Source of the DNA: the human T2T-CHM13v2.0 reference genome, Homo sapiens
Assembly: GCF_009914755.1 (NCBI RefSeq)
Contig: NC_060937.1
Direction: 5' to 3' (one strand)
Length of the DNA stretch: 64,000 bases
Shown: positions 29,375-47,067 of the stretch, in pieces
Layout: each line of letters starts with the position of its first letter
Numbering within the stretch: position 1 is the stretch's first letter
The notes under the pieces: generated by a model
The model's database searches: none
What the model saw: only the letters and a program-made list of their open reading frames with translations
Told to the model about the DNA's origin: nothing
Made by a program: the position numbers and the translations under genes

Positions 29375-29600
29375 TTAAGTAATACATTTAACAGGGCATC
29401 AAACATTTTGTTTGTGTGCACAAACCATGTAAACATACACATACTTGTAACTGAAAAAACAGTATAACATATAACTGAAACAAAAGTTTCACAAAACAAT
29501 ATTTGTCTTATTGTATGAGATAGACTTTGATACTTTTAAGCCTAAAAACAATGCTAGTTGTTATCCTCTGAACTGGGTCCTTGAACCACAGTTTGAACAG
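29375..29600. mobile_element. hAT-Charlie-like DNA transposon fragment
   Basis: Motifs ataactgaaacaaaagtttcacaaaacaata and accacagtttgaa. Confidence 0.55.
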
Positions 29601-30602
29601 AATTGCTGTGGTTTACTTGAAGTTGAAGACAATTGGCATTTATTTCGTTCCTCAACATAGGAAATGGTATGTGTATTATAAAACCTTAAAAGAAAAGAAA
29701 ACTTTTAATTATATAAATATAATGAATGAAAAGAGGTCAATATTTAGTTCAAAAGAAAGAATTGAAATACTCATTTTAGCACTAGATCTTTTAAAGGCAA
29801 AAAGGGGTTATGCAAATAAAAATGAGCATTACATATGCATTTCCTTTTTTATTAAATTTTATTGTCCTATGGTTATACAAAGTGTATATCATTATACACA
29901 TATAGATAGATAGGTGATAGATACACACACATACACATATATGTTATCACATAGTGAGGCTACATAATAATTGGAATTAAGCAACCATTATCAAGCAGCC
30001 CTGAGAATAATTAAGGTAATCCTTTATGAAAATTTTATTTTCAATTTTCTTAAAGAAAGATTAAAAATTTTAGGAGCCTTACAGTAAAATGAAAAACAAA
30101 ATTAAATATCAATTTTCCACAAACAGTGCTTGAATTTCTCTCCTAGCAAAGATAAAGGTGCCAGAGCTTCAGACACATGCAGATTCTCCCCTTTTTATAC
30201 AACGTATTCACTGTGCCAAAGTGTGGCCTGCTTTACATGGAAGTCGAATTGGCTTTGGTGATTCCTGCTGGCTTCCCCATTTCCACTGAATTTTGCCTTG
30301 GGAAATGTCTCCTTGTCCTTTTGCCTCTCATGTTTCCAGGAGGGCTTGGCACATCAAGAGGCATCATCTTTGCCATGCTTCCTTAGGTCTGCTTTGAATC
30401 AAAGGGTAAGACATTGATGACTGACAGTTGAGTGTCCTGAGTGTGGGCACCTCGACTGTGTCTTTTCACAAAAGATTTGCAACTGTGGCGATGAGCATAC
30501 AGTGTAGGGTTCTATCAGGTACTTGAAGATAAAATCTCCCTGAGGGAAGTGAGGAGAGGATGAGGCCTTTGCTGTCTCGCAGCAGAAGCCTCCTCCACTC
30601 AC

Positions 30603-30761
30603 CTCAGCTCCCACGAATGGATTATAAACCCAGGCACACCCTGGAAATTTTTCCAACACCAGCTGGCAGAGCTGTCTGCCCTTGCTCCTGCTGCCTCCTG
30701 TAACTTACACGTGAGCACCTGCCACAGAAAGTCCAGGGTTATGACCTTGGGATTCAAGGAT
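30603..30761 (-). other. Candidate spliced exon (159 bp)
   Basis: Minus-strand acceptor ctgttttcttgcag| and consensus donor GAG|GTGAGT in non-repeat sequence. No transcript evidence. Confidence 0.35.
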
Positions 30762-31022
30762 CTGCAAGAAAACAGTTCAAACTCTAGGCAGGTGTAATGT
30801 CCCATCCTTGGGTATCTGTGTGGAGAGACATTGACCTTTTGTATTATTTTCATTTCAAAATTCATTTCAAAAACCCACTATTTTTGTCATTCGCTCATGT
30901 ATTGGTGAGCACAGCTCAATATTTGTGGTTGCCTCTTCACACAGATCAATGAAGCAGTGAGCTGATGAGATGTTGATTTTTTTTTTTTTTTAAGTTTTGT
31001 AGATACATTTCCTCAATAGCAC

Positions 31023-31800
<778 letters not shown>

Positions 31801-32268
31801 AGTGCACAATCACTGTGCCAGTAAAGATTCTATAAGAAAAACAAGGTGCAGGAACACTAAATTTTCCATACCTAGAAATCAAAAGCTTTAATTTTAGACA
31901 ACTTCCCTGTATTTAAAATTACAGCACTATGACCAGATATTCAACCTGGAAATTAGTTACTTAAAAATTGTTATGGTAGACTAAAGCCCCTCTAACACCC
32001 TTCCTAATGGTCCTGCAAGTGGGCTCATGTTCTTTTCTTTAGGGCTTTTAGAAAATGTTAGATATGCACCTGCAGTGTTCTCTTCAACAACAAGAATTAA
32101 CCAGAGATTTTCTTTTCTAATGTTGAATTATCATTGCTTGCAATTAATATTTCAGGCTAAGAGTAAGCTAAGATGAAAGAACTCCTATCTATGAAGGCAC
32201 ACTGCTGTCTATTCATATGATGCAGTTCACCATACACTGGGACTTGAGCAGCAGAGCTTCGCTGGCGT

Positions 32269-32310
32269 GTTACCATGTTGCACAGTTGCCATGGCAATAT
32301 CAAACCAATG
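32269..32310. promoter_or_regulatory. RFX X-box plus adjacent CCAAT box (putative)
   Basis: GTTGCCATGGCAAT at 32285-32298 (13/14 to GTTGCCATGGCAAC), a half-site GTTACCATG at 32269 and CCAAT at 32305-32309. Confidence 0.45.
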
Positions 32311-34019
32311 AATGGGCCACCTCCCAGAGACAGGGTGGTGAGCAAGTGTGAAATTGATTCAGTTGTACACAGGGATACGCTCAAGCCAAATTTGTCAAGA
32401 TAAAATTTCTGGTAGGAAACTGCATTTTAAAATAGACATTATAAATATGATATTAAATATTTGCTTTGGATATTCCAGTAAAAGGGTACTTGAAAATTAA
32501 GTGTACTATGCTAATTTTATGCTTTTCAATGTACTGTTTACTTTGCACTTATTTCAGATAACACTGATTTTTCCACTCATTTAAATTTGGATATCTAAAG
32601 AAGAATTTTACACTTTACATTAATATTTTCAGTTATGTGTCTTTGAAGTTAAACTGGTGTTATTTGCTTATTTTATATTAATGTGCTTAGGGAAATGACT
32701 TTTTAGGAAATACAAACAAAAGTTATGCATATCATTTATTTTTAGATAACATTTATAAATTACATTTTGCATTGAATAGTATAAATATTATAAGTAGTTC
32801 AAATCAGATAAAAATAACCAAGTTTTAACATTTTAGGACTTTAGGAGCCTATGGTTAGGCTTTACAAAAATAATGTATTCACATGATATTTTATTGTTTT
32901 CAGAACTTATTTTTAGCACTCCATTGTTATAGAGTTATTAGATATTAAGTAAGTCTTGAACTTGGTCACCATAATCTTTTATGATACATTTTTATTTTGA
33001 GCTACTTGATACAATAGATGTTATTTGCTTCCTGTCTTTTCTTACTCATGATGCATATACAAGGCTTTGTCTGTCCCATAAGGTTGCTGAAAACACTGAA
33101 CAGGGACGGGTCTGTCTGTGATGTGTCAATTACTGAAATGCCTCTCTCAGATATTAAATGCAGTTTATATTAACAAAATACATTGATCAGGTATAATCAG
33201 TTTGAAATTAGGAGATGACTAATCTCAGGAGACCCTTACATACTATGGACTGTCTCTTTCCCATTAGTTCAACTTGTAGAACAGAAGAGCATGACTTGTT
33301 TACGTAACAGAAACCAATATTTACTCTCTTTTATTCTCTTGGCATAGACTTCCAAGGGCAACGTTTGCCAGATCCTGGCAAAACCCTTGCTGACAATGCA
33401 TTTCTTCTTGGGTAATTAAATGGAACTCTCTAAACTGAAGCAATGCTGCTTGAATATTTTTATAACTTTCTAATAGTTACATGTGAAAACCTTGGTTTTT
33501 TTCTTATAAAAGGTACAAATGTTTTTAACTGAAACTGAGGTTAGGTATTATAAAGTGTGTTCCATTCTGTGCCTTAACCTAAAACTGTGGTTTTACATTA
33601 ATGTTTATTTTAAGGCACTAGCACATTAAACTGATGCTATAGATTAAATCAGACTTTCTATTCAATCACGCAGATATCTACTTGTAGCAGATGCTATTAT
33701 GTATTCTTATTTGTAAGCCCATTATTTCTTATTTGTAAACCATTCTTAAGGGAAAAAATGCATATTCAAAACCATAAATGAGATGAGCTTCTCAAGTGAG
33801 TAAATCAAATAAATTCTCTTGCTACAAAGTCTTTCTAGAAGTAATGGTCTATTGTATGACATTAGTAAGCCTATTCAAAATGGAATCTCAGGAGACAAGG
33901 AGAATGTTTATAAGGACATCATTCCATCAATACATGTAGGCATTTGTGAGCCTGCACTCTGGAATCAATTAAACCTTCGAATTTTACTTTCCCAAGTAAG
34001 CTTTTTCACAGAAGGTATC

Positions 34020-34383
34020 TGTCTTATCTTGGGCTGCTCAACAATGTATTGTAGATTTTGTTTATGGACTTTATAGTCAATACAAAATAAAAATTCATTT
34101 CTCATGGTTCTGGAGATTGGAATCTGAGATCAGATGCCAGCATAGTCCATTTCTGGTGAGGGTCCTCTTCAGGGCTGCAGCCAACCACCTCCTCAATGTC
34201 ATCTCACATGACAAATAAAGCATTCTGGAGTCTCTTTTTAGAAGGGCCCTAATCCCATTCATGAGGGTTCTACCTTCATGACTTAATCACTTCCCCAAGG
34301 CTCCACCTCCAAATACCATCACATTGGGGTTAGTATTTCAACATATGAATTTTTTAGGGGGTACGAATATTTAGTCCTTTGCA
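34020..34383 (-). mobile_element. MLT1A/MST-like MaLR LTR
   Basis: Motifs tttctcatggttctggag, ctaatcccattcatgagggt and tttcaacatatgaatttt. Confidence 0.85.
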
Positions 34384-34615
34384 GAATCCCAGCTGTCAGA
34401 GAATATAAGAAAATGTAGGAAGAGTAGAAAAAGGGATGATTCATTTTAGAATCACTGTGACATGCACACTGGTCCACCATTGGATGCAGGTTTTAAGGAT
34501 GGCATATTTATATAACAGCGTCCCACTTCTGGGAAACTTACTATGCAAACTGCTTAGGGTATTTCCATTTAAAATGGCTTCATATCACAATTGTGATATG
34601 ATTTTGGCATAGATA

Positions 34616-34897
34616 CAGTCACATGCCACATAATGATGTTCTGGTCAACAATGGTGGTCCCATGAGATTATAATACCATATTTTTACTGTACCTTTTATA
34701 TGTTTAGAAATACAAACACTTTTCATTGTGTTACAGTTGCCTAAAGTATTTAGTATAGTGCATGTTGCACAGGTTTGTAGCCTAGGAGCAATAGGCTATA
34801 CCATATGGCTTGGGTGTGTAGGAGGCTGTCACATTTAGGTTTGTGTAAGTGTTTAATGACACGTTTTCAGAATGTATCCTCATTGTTAACGGACTGT
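34616..34897. mobile_element. Tigger3a/MER7A-like DNA transposon
   Basis: Terminus cagtca(c)atg.., internal aggtttgtagcctaggagcaataggctataccatat, end ..gactg. Confidence 0.85.
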
Positions 34898-35184
34898 GTT
34901 TGTGATATCCATATGTATACATATGTATAAATATGTATATGAACCAGTGTTGGTCTGTGAAATTTTGTTATTAATCTCTAAAGAGTACAGGCATTGACAG
35001 GATGTATCCAGAAGTATTTAGACCAATCTGACATTGCTGTGACATCCAATTGCCTTACTAGGAAACTCATTTCATTGGCATGGACCAGATAAGGGAAATG
35101 CTTTCTGCGTTTTGTTATTGGAGTTTTAAAAAATCTTAATTTTTTAATGTGAAATATTTTATAACAATATAAGTATTTTAAAAA

Positions 35185-38470
<3,286 letters not shown>

Positions 38471-38472
38471 TT

Positions 38473-38782
<310 letters not shown>

Positions 38783-39667
38783 TTAATTGAGTGGGTGTTT
38801 AACTTTTGATAAGTAAGTAGGTGATAACAAGGAAAAATAAACTTCCAAGTGGAAGCAAAATGTTTTCTACAGGCTATCGGCTGTGTTTTGGGTTGACAAT
38901 TAGAACAATTTGACTAGGATAGAAGCATAATGAATGTGGAGTACTTGAAAGTAACATGGACAAATGTGGGAATGTGGCCAGTAGATGGAGATTTTTAAAT
39001 GTCAAAAGATTGAATATAATCTTGTAGGAGGTGAAGATGTATTGAATATCTTTGAGCTGAAACATTCCACAGAAAACAACAAACTGTAGGAATTTGTTTG
39101 CCATATAAGTTGGAGAGAGGAAGAACTGTAGGCAGGATAAAAGGTTTGGAGGATATTGAAGTAGTTTAGCCTCGGAGATAACGAAGTAAATAATCAGGAT
39201 GATGGAAGTAGAAATAGGAAGGGAAGAGCAGTTAAGGGAAGTGTCAAAAGAATGAACAAAACTTGATGACTGGTTATGAAGGGAGAGAGAAATATAGATA
39301 CTAACTTTAGAGCTTGGAGCACAGACCCTTGGAGAAAAGAGGATTTCTTGACTGATAATCGAAGTTGATAAGGGAGAATGACTTTGTTAGCCCGGGTGAT
39401 AAGATTTAATTATACCCGAATTGAGATACAGCAAATAAAAATGGCCAACAGACAGTTGAAAACATGAGGAAATGTGGGAGTGGAGAAAGAATTCAAAGAT
39501 ACATTGCGATTACCTGAAAATTACTAACAGAACCACAAAGAGGATACTCATGGCATCTCTTTGCTTTGTGTAATGAAATGAAGAGAACTTGGTGATATAA
39601 TGATGTTTTTGAAACAATGTCATGCAGCACATTAAAATGTGAATGAGCATGGCAAAGTCAGCTTCTG

Positions 39668-42590
39668 TTTTAACATCTTTATTGAGATACAGTTCACAAA
39701 CTATAAAATTCCCCTTATTAAAGCATACAATTCAATAATTTTTAGTACATTCAGAGTTGTGCAACAATCACCACAATCATCACCCCACTACCCACCCCCC
39801 TGAAAAAACTCTCTGTACTCATTAACAGTTACTTCCTATTTCAACTCACCTGCTCCACCAGCTTCTGGCAACCATGAATACATTTTTCGGTCTCTTTAGA
39901 TTTCCTCACCTATACTGAACATTTAATGTAAATAGAATTATACATGTGTGTCCTTTTGTGTCTGGCTTTGTTCACTTAGTATAATGTTTTCAAGGTTCAT
40001 CCATATTGTGGAATGGATCAGTACTTCATTTGTTTTTAACACTGTATTCAGTATTCCATTGTAGAGATAAACCATATTTTATTTTCCATTTATCAGTTGA
40101 TGGACATTTGTGTTATTTCTACTTTTTGGTTATAATGAATAATGTTGTGAGCATTCATGTATAAGTTTTTTATAAATGTAGGTTTTCATTTATTTTGCAT
40201 CTATGAGTGCAATTGCTGGGTCACATGATAACTCCAATTTTAACATTTTGAGAAGCTATCAAACTTTTCCAAGTGACAGTGATATTTTAAATTCCACCAG
40301 CAATGCATAAGTGTTCTAATTTCTTCTTATCTTCATTAACACTTATAATTGTCTGAGTTTTGATTATAGCCCTCCTAGTGAGTGTAAAGTATCTCATTGT
40401 GGTTGTACTTCACATTTTCCTAATAACTATATATTCAGCATTTTTTATGTGCTTATTGGCTGTTTGTATATCTTCTTTGGAGAATGATCTACCCAAATTC
40501 CTTGACCATTATTTACTTGGGTTGTCTGATTGTTGAGTTGTGAAAGTTCTTTATATGTCCTGGATAGCAGACCCTTATAAGAAATGCTTTGAAAATATTT
40601 TCTTCCATGGTGTGGGTTGTCTTCCCACTTTATTGGTTTTATCAACTCCATGACAAAAGTTTTAAATTTGGATATAGTTCAGTTTATCTACTTTATTATT
40701 ATTATTATTATTATTTGCTACTTGTTCTTTTGATGTCATATCTAAAAAACCGTTTCCTAATCCAAGGCCACAGAGATTTACTCCTACATTTTCTTCAAAG
40801 AGTTTTGCGGTTTTGTCCTTTAGAATTGGGTCTGGGATCTATTTTGACATAATTTTTCTATCCAACTTTCTCCTTGTACATATGGGTACCCAGTTGTTCC
40901 AGCACTAATTCCTGAAAACCTATTATTTTCCTAGTTATATTTTTTTTCAAGTTTAATTGACCATAAATGTGTTTATTTTTGGAATTTAAATTCTATTCTT
41001 TTGATCTATATGTCTGATTTTATGCCAGCATCTCACTGTTTTGATTATTGTAGCATGCAGTAAGTTTTGAAATTAAAATGTGAGCTGTGCTCCAACATTG
41101 TTGTTACTTTCAAGATTATTTTGGCTAGTTTTGATTCCTTGCATTTTCATATAAATTTTATGATCAGCTTGCCAAATTTATCACAAAAGTCAGCTGGAAT
41201 TTTGATAGGGTTTGTATTACGTTTGTAAATCAATCTGAAGAGTACTGCCTTCTTCACACTTTTGAGGCTTCCAGTCCATGAATGTGTAATGCCTTTTATT
41301 TACTTTGATATTGAATTTCTTTTAACAATGTTTTTTTGGTTTTAGGATACAAATTTTCTACTTCTTTTGTTAAATTTATTCTTAAATGTTTCATTAGTTC
41401 TGATGCTGTTGCCAATGGAATTGCTTTTTTAATTTTACTTTTTATTGTTAGCATATAAAAATACAATTGATTTTTTAATATTGAGCTGGTAATTTACAAA
41501 CTTGCTTAATTATTAGTTCTGATAGATTTATGGTGTATAAATTTCTAGGATTTTCTATGTACAAGATTATGTCTTCTTTGAATAGAGATAATTTTACTTC
41601 TCCCTTTCCTCCAGATACCCTTTATTCTTTATATTATCTAATCGTCCTGGCTGGAAACGCCCTTCAAATGTTGAATAGATGTGGTAAAAGCAGATGTCCT
41701 TATCTTGTTCTGATTTTAACGATAATATTTTTAGGCTTTCACTATTAAGTAGTATATTAGCTCTGGGTTTTGTGTAGATGTCCTTTATTGGGTTGAGAAA
41801 ATTCTCTTTCCAGTTTATTGGGTGTTTTTAACATGCGCTATTATTGTCTACTGAAATAATTGTGTGTATTCTGTCCTTAATACTATAAATATGGTATGTT
41901 TGATTTTCATAAATTAATTGTTGATTGATTTTCATATATTAAACAAATTTCACATTCCTAGAATAAATCCTAATTGGCCATGGTGTATAATACTTCTCAA
42001 ATGTTCCCGGATTTCATATCCTTGTATTTTATTGAAGATTTTTGCTTTTCTAGTCATGGAAATTATCTATACATAGTATTATTATGATCTCTGCCTGATT
42101 TTGGAAATACTTGCCTCAAATAATTACTTAGGGTGTGTTTTATTTTATTCTACACTTTGGAAGTGTTTGTGAAGGGCTGGTCTTGCTTGCTTGGTTTTTG
42201 CTTTCCTTCTTTCCTTCTGTTCTTCCTTTTCCTTTTTTCTTTCTTTCTTTATCCTTTTCTTAAATCTTGTTCTATCACCCAGGCTGGAGTGCAGTGGTAC
42301 AATCATAGCTCACTGCAGACTCAAACCCCTGGGCTCAAGTGATCCTCCTGCCTCAGCCTCCCTTGTAGCTGAGACTACAAGTGTGCACCACCATAGCTGG
42401 CTAATTTTTAAATTTTTCATAGAGATGGGGTTCCTACTATTTTGCCCAGCCTGATCTAAAACTCCTGACCTCAAGCATTCCTCCCACCTTTGCCTCTCAA
42501 AGTGCTGAAATTATAGATGTAAGCCATCATGTCCAGTCTATTTCTTAAATGTTTGTGATAACACACCAATGAAGCCAGCCATCTGGGTCT
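39668..42590 (-). mobile_element. Old L1 (L1MB-like) fragment
   Basis: 3' motif tttattgagatacagttcaca..cagagttgtgcaacaatcaccacaatc. Degraded ORF2. Interrupted by an AluJ near its 5' end. Confidence 0.88.
42200..42538 (-). mobile_element. AluJ
   Basis: Motif aatcatagctcactgcag..gggctcaagtgatcctcc with a (TTTC)-like tail. Confidence 0.9.
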
Positions 42591-43909
42591 GAGAAGCAAA
42601 CATTTAAAAGTAGCATTTCTTACCTGTTTGCTTACTTTGGGTACAAGTGTCTGAAATACCTTGTACTTTCTACTAAATCCATGCATATTTCTAAGATAGT
42701 AATTCAGGAAGTCTTTTTATTCAGAACTTTATACAAATTTAAAAGACTACATTGAGATTGAGCAAATCAGTTCATGATTATGAATGCCATGGTGGTAGCC
42801 AAAAGCCTTGCCTCTTTGCTGGCCATGCTATGCTGTTTAGTGGTTCTGTAGAGAGATTAATGCTTGCCTTTGGGATGGCCATTATTTTGAATTAAAACAT
42901 CTCTTGGGTCTATTAGGCACTTACTGAAAATTAGCTTTAAGGACAAGTAATTATCAAAAACATCTTAAGAAAGTGTAAAGTAAGACTCACAGGTTATTAT
43001 AATTTTGGGTTTTTGGTATAGGTAAGTTTGAGTAAATATAGATCAGATTAGTAGGTTTTGATATTACAGAAGAAAAAGAAAAAAAAGATAGCAGAAGTCA
43101 AGCAGTTTGTTCTGCAGTTGCCATTATTATTTTTTTCTTTGGACTCTTAAGAAAATACCTTTTTGATGACTGAATCTCTGTGAACTGTGGAAACCTAGGA
43201 ATTGGTTCACTGGTTAAGGATAAGAGGATACAGTGAAGATAAAAGCAGGGATCAGAGGATGGCTCAGGACTGAGGATTAGCCCTGGGATGAAAAAAAAAA
43301 AAAAGACAAAATTGTCAAGATTTGTGAACCTTTGAGAATAGAAAAAATAATACAAGTGGTGCTGAATTTGGCAAGGACTACAGGTGTTTATGTCATGATG
43401 TTGATAACTGATTTTAGAAATTTCTAAAATCTCAAGAGGCTAATCATGAGTATTGCAGAGAATTCTAATGTAAGCTTTTCATTAGTTGTATACCAATATT
43501 AAAATGTATTTTTTAAAATGTCAAATGTGGCAAATGTGGAAAACGAAATGAGAGTGCAGTCGCTGCTACCTGGGGCCACTCTCTTTGAGTGAAAGAAGCC
43601 ATGTGAGCAGGAGGTCTGCAGGTCTCGTGAGTTCTCTGGCTGCAAATGGTGTTGCAGGATGCTAGCATTGCCCCTGTGTGTGCATGACCTTGCATATATG
43701 TGTGTGTGTGTCTGAATAGTTCAAAACAAAACCAAGTAATGGGTCAAGGGCTTTTCTATATTTGAAAAAAAAAAAAAAGTTGGCTGACTGTGAGTTCCCA
43801 TGTGTGTCTTGTATGTAACTCTTCCTGGAATTGACTGGAGAAAAGTTTCCATGAAAGCAATCACTGACACAACCCCCACATCAAGTTTCGTTGTTGTTTT
43901 TTGTGCTGT

Positions 43910-44216
43910 TTTTTCTTTTTTTTTTTTTTAAACAGGGTCTTACTCTATTGCCCAGGCTGGAGTTCAGAGGTGCAGTCACCCTCACTGCAGCCTTGACCTC
44001 CCAGGCTCAAGCAATCTTCCTGCCTCAGCCTCCTGAGTAGCTGGGACTACAGGTGCATGCCACCATGCCCAGCTGATTATTAAAAAATATATATATTGTA
44101 GAGTTGGGGTCTGGCTATGTTGCCCAGGCTGATCTCAAACTCCTGCCCTCAAGTGACTCTCCTGCCTTGGCCTCCCAAACTGCTGGGATTACAGGTGTGA
44201 GCCATCACATCTGGCC
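43910..44216 (-). mobile_element. AluJ
   Basis: Motif ctcactgcagccttgacctcccaggctcaagc. Confidence 0.92.
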
Positions 44217-44821
44217 CCCTCCATTTATTTTACTACCTTTTTTCTTAATGCTGGCATTGAGCTTTACAAACACTGAAGTTTTACTAAGGCCTATTGTCTA
44301 TAGCCCTCTCCCACTAACCTTTGGGTATAATCTTTATCATTTAAATAACTTAAAATACAAGTGGTTCTTGTTTTATTTGGAAAAAAATACAATTTCTAAT
44401 GTTCAGTTATTATAATAAGTAAAGCATGGAAACCTGGGATGTGGAGGACCATCAAGATTATCTGCTCCAGCCTTCCCAACAATGAGTGAATGCTTGTAAT
44501 AAAAAGTGGTCATCTAGTCCCCAGGTGAATGCATCTTATTTCGGTAGATCACAGTCTAGGAAGACAGTGCGTTCTATATTTTTGCAGCCATAACTGTTGC
44601 CTTGCTTTAGGTCCTTCCCTCTCCATTTTAAAAATGTCAAGTTCCTTTATCGTTTTTTTGTGACATAGGTTACTGAAAATGTTACTCTTCTGATTATATT
44701 CCTCATGATTTCAACTTGGTGACCTCCACTTAATGGTATGCTTTAAACACTAGATCTATCGGTATATTTGAAAATACCGTTAAATTAAATGGGGAGGGGA
44801 GCATGTTAATAGTGGTTTTGT

Positions 44822-45230
44822 TAACAAGTTTTTGCTGTAGCAACAGGCAACACAAGAATCTTCTGTCCAACCACAACAAGTGCTAATTGCTTGATGACCT
44901 TGCATGAGGACTGTGGGTGTCCGCTGCAGATAAACTGGTTCAGCCTCATGGGTCTTTCATTCTGTGACTCAGGCAGAAGGAGGAGGTAATATCTGGAGCC
45001 ACTCTTCCCAGGATGAGACACAAGTCTAAGCGAACATGCAGAATCTCTCAATGCCTCCTCGCTTCTCTGGCTGTAACTGGCATGCTTTTTGTCCCACCCA
45101 CATTCCATGAGTCAAAGCAAATGACACGGCCAAGTGTAAAACGCCTGTACTTGTTGAAGCAGAGGTCCAGGAGAGAAGATACAGATGCAGAAACCAGCAA
45201 CAAGTGGGAGGGATGGTTGTTTGCTTTCAC
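44822..45230 (-). mobile_element. Old MaLR LTR (MLT1J-like)
   Basis: Motifs tcattctgtgactcaggcagaagg and cccacattccatgagtcaaagcaaatgacacggccaag. Confidence 0.5.
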
Positions 45231-45826
45231 CCAGTGCAGTGGTTATCTTAGATGCGGATTATAGGCGATTTTTCTTTTCTCACCTTTTCAGTTTTATTAA
45301 CATTTTTGTGGTAAATATAGGTTACTTTAGAAGTTGGAATATAATGTCATTTTTTAAAAAATAAAATTTTAAAAATGTAGGACTTTTAAAAATGCTACTT
45401 AAGCTCAAATGTCTGTATATTTAAAAATTAATTGTGTATAATTTGCATATGCAACATTTATACTGTTTTGATACTTCTAGCTTATTAACTGAATTATTCA
45501 CTGCATAGCAAAATTATCATGGTAGGAAATGGGAATCAGAGAGACCAGGGATAGACTGGTGATAGATTCTGAACAAGAAAGAAAGTAGGATAAGGAGGTC
45601 AGTTTTCTCCATTGTAGTCTGGGAGTAGAAGCAGGTCAGAGATAACACTGAGCAGTTTGATCTCCTCACCAGACTTCACGGGCTCAGAGATAGTGTAGCA
45701 GCCTCTCAGACTTTCATATTCTGCTCCTCATCCAGATGCACTGTTTTCCTTTTTAAAAGTCAAACTAATAAATACAGTCATTTACAGTCTTAGAAGGTCA
45801 GGTTCAGTATATTTCATGAGCCCTGA

Positions 45827-46142
<316 letters not shown>

Positions 46143-46657
46143 TAATTGGTCAAGCTTCTCTTGCTTGGATTTGTCCTGAATACATCAACAGCTGGCTGGG
46201 CTTGCTAATGACGTCCTTCATGACTTATGTCTCTTGTTGGCATCCAGCTTTCTGTAGTTCTAGGGGAAAGTCAGGAAACTGTCTAAAAGCTCCATGGTTA
46301 TATGAAGCAAGGAAATGGGATGAAGATCTATTACCTTTCCTTTCAGTGAGCTTTTTCTAGTTGCAAGAGACAAGCATAACTGTGGTATCAAGAGTCTATT
46401 GGTATATGGGTTTCTTGATAGAAAATCATGAAATAAATTTTAAAATAAACTTTATCTCTCATAGAACCCATTAAACATGCTCAGTGAAGGCAGCACTAAC
46501 TTTTATGTAACAGGAAGAACTCTTATCTCTTTAATTCTCAATAAAGCTTCAACTCAGTAACTTAAAATGTTCAGTGTCTGAAAATCCTCAATCTTTCTAA
46601 TACGATTTAAAGTTAAAATCTTCTCCCTTTCCACAGCAGGGGGCCTACCAATAACAA

Positions 46658-46660
<3 letters not shown>

Positions 46661-46702
<42 letters not shown>
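46661..46702. repeat. (GT)21 microsatellite
   Basis: Perfect dinucleotide run, counted directly. Confidence 0.97.
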
Positions 46703-46706
<4 letters not shown>

Positions 46707-46865
46707 TTGTGTGTATTTGTATATGTATGAGTGACAGAATAAGAGATTCTTTTTTATCCTACCAAGCATTTCCTCTCCCTCAGTTTGTTAAACACAGTTG
46801 TTAATCACAACAGGGTCAAAGTTTGGTTAGGAAAAAAAGGAAAACTAGATGGGGAAGTTCTCACT

Positions 46866-47067
46866 TGACTAGTTCTATTATAAGGTGTACTGACACACTC
46901 CAGTGTGACTAGTTCTAGTATAAGGTGTACTGACACACTCCAGTGTGACTAATTCTAGTATAAGGTGTACTCACATACTCCAGTGTGACTAGTTCTAGTA
47001 TAAGGTGTACTCACACACTCCAGTGTGACTAGTTCTAGTATAAGGTGTACTCACACATTCCAGTGTG
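46866..47067. repeat. Minisatellite, 5 x 40 bp
   Basis: Unit tgactagttctagtataaggtgtact(g/c)acacactccagtg, head-to-tail with no spacers. Confidence 0.97.

Noticed and set aside
46866-47067. CRISPR array
   Set aside because: Units are contiguous with no unique spacers, there are no cas genes, and the context is primate.
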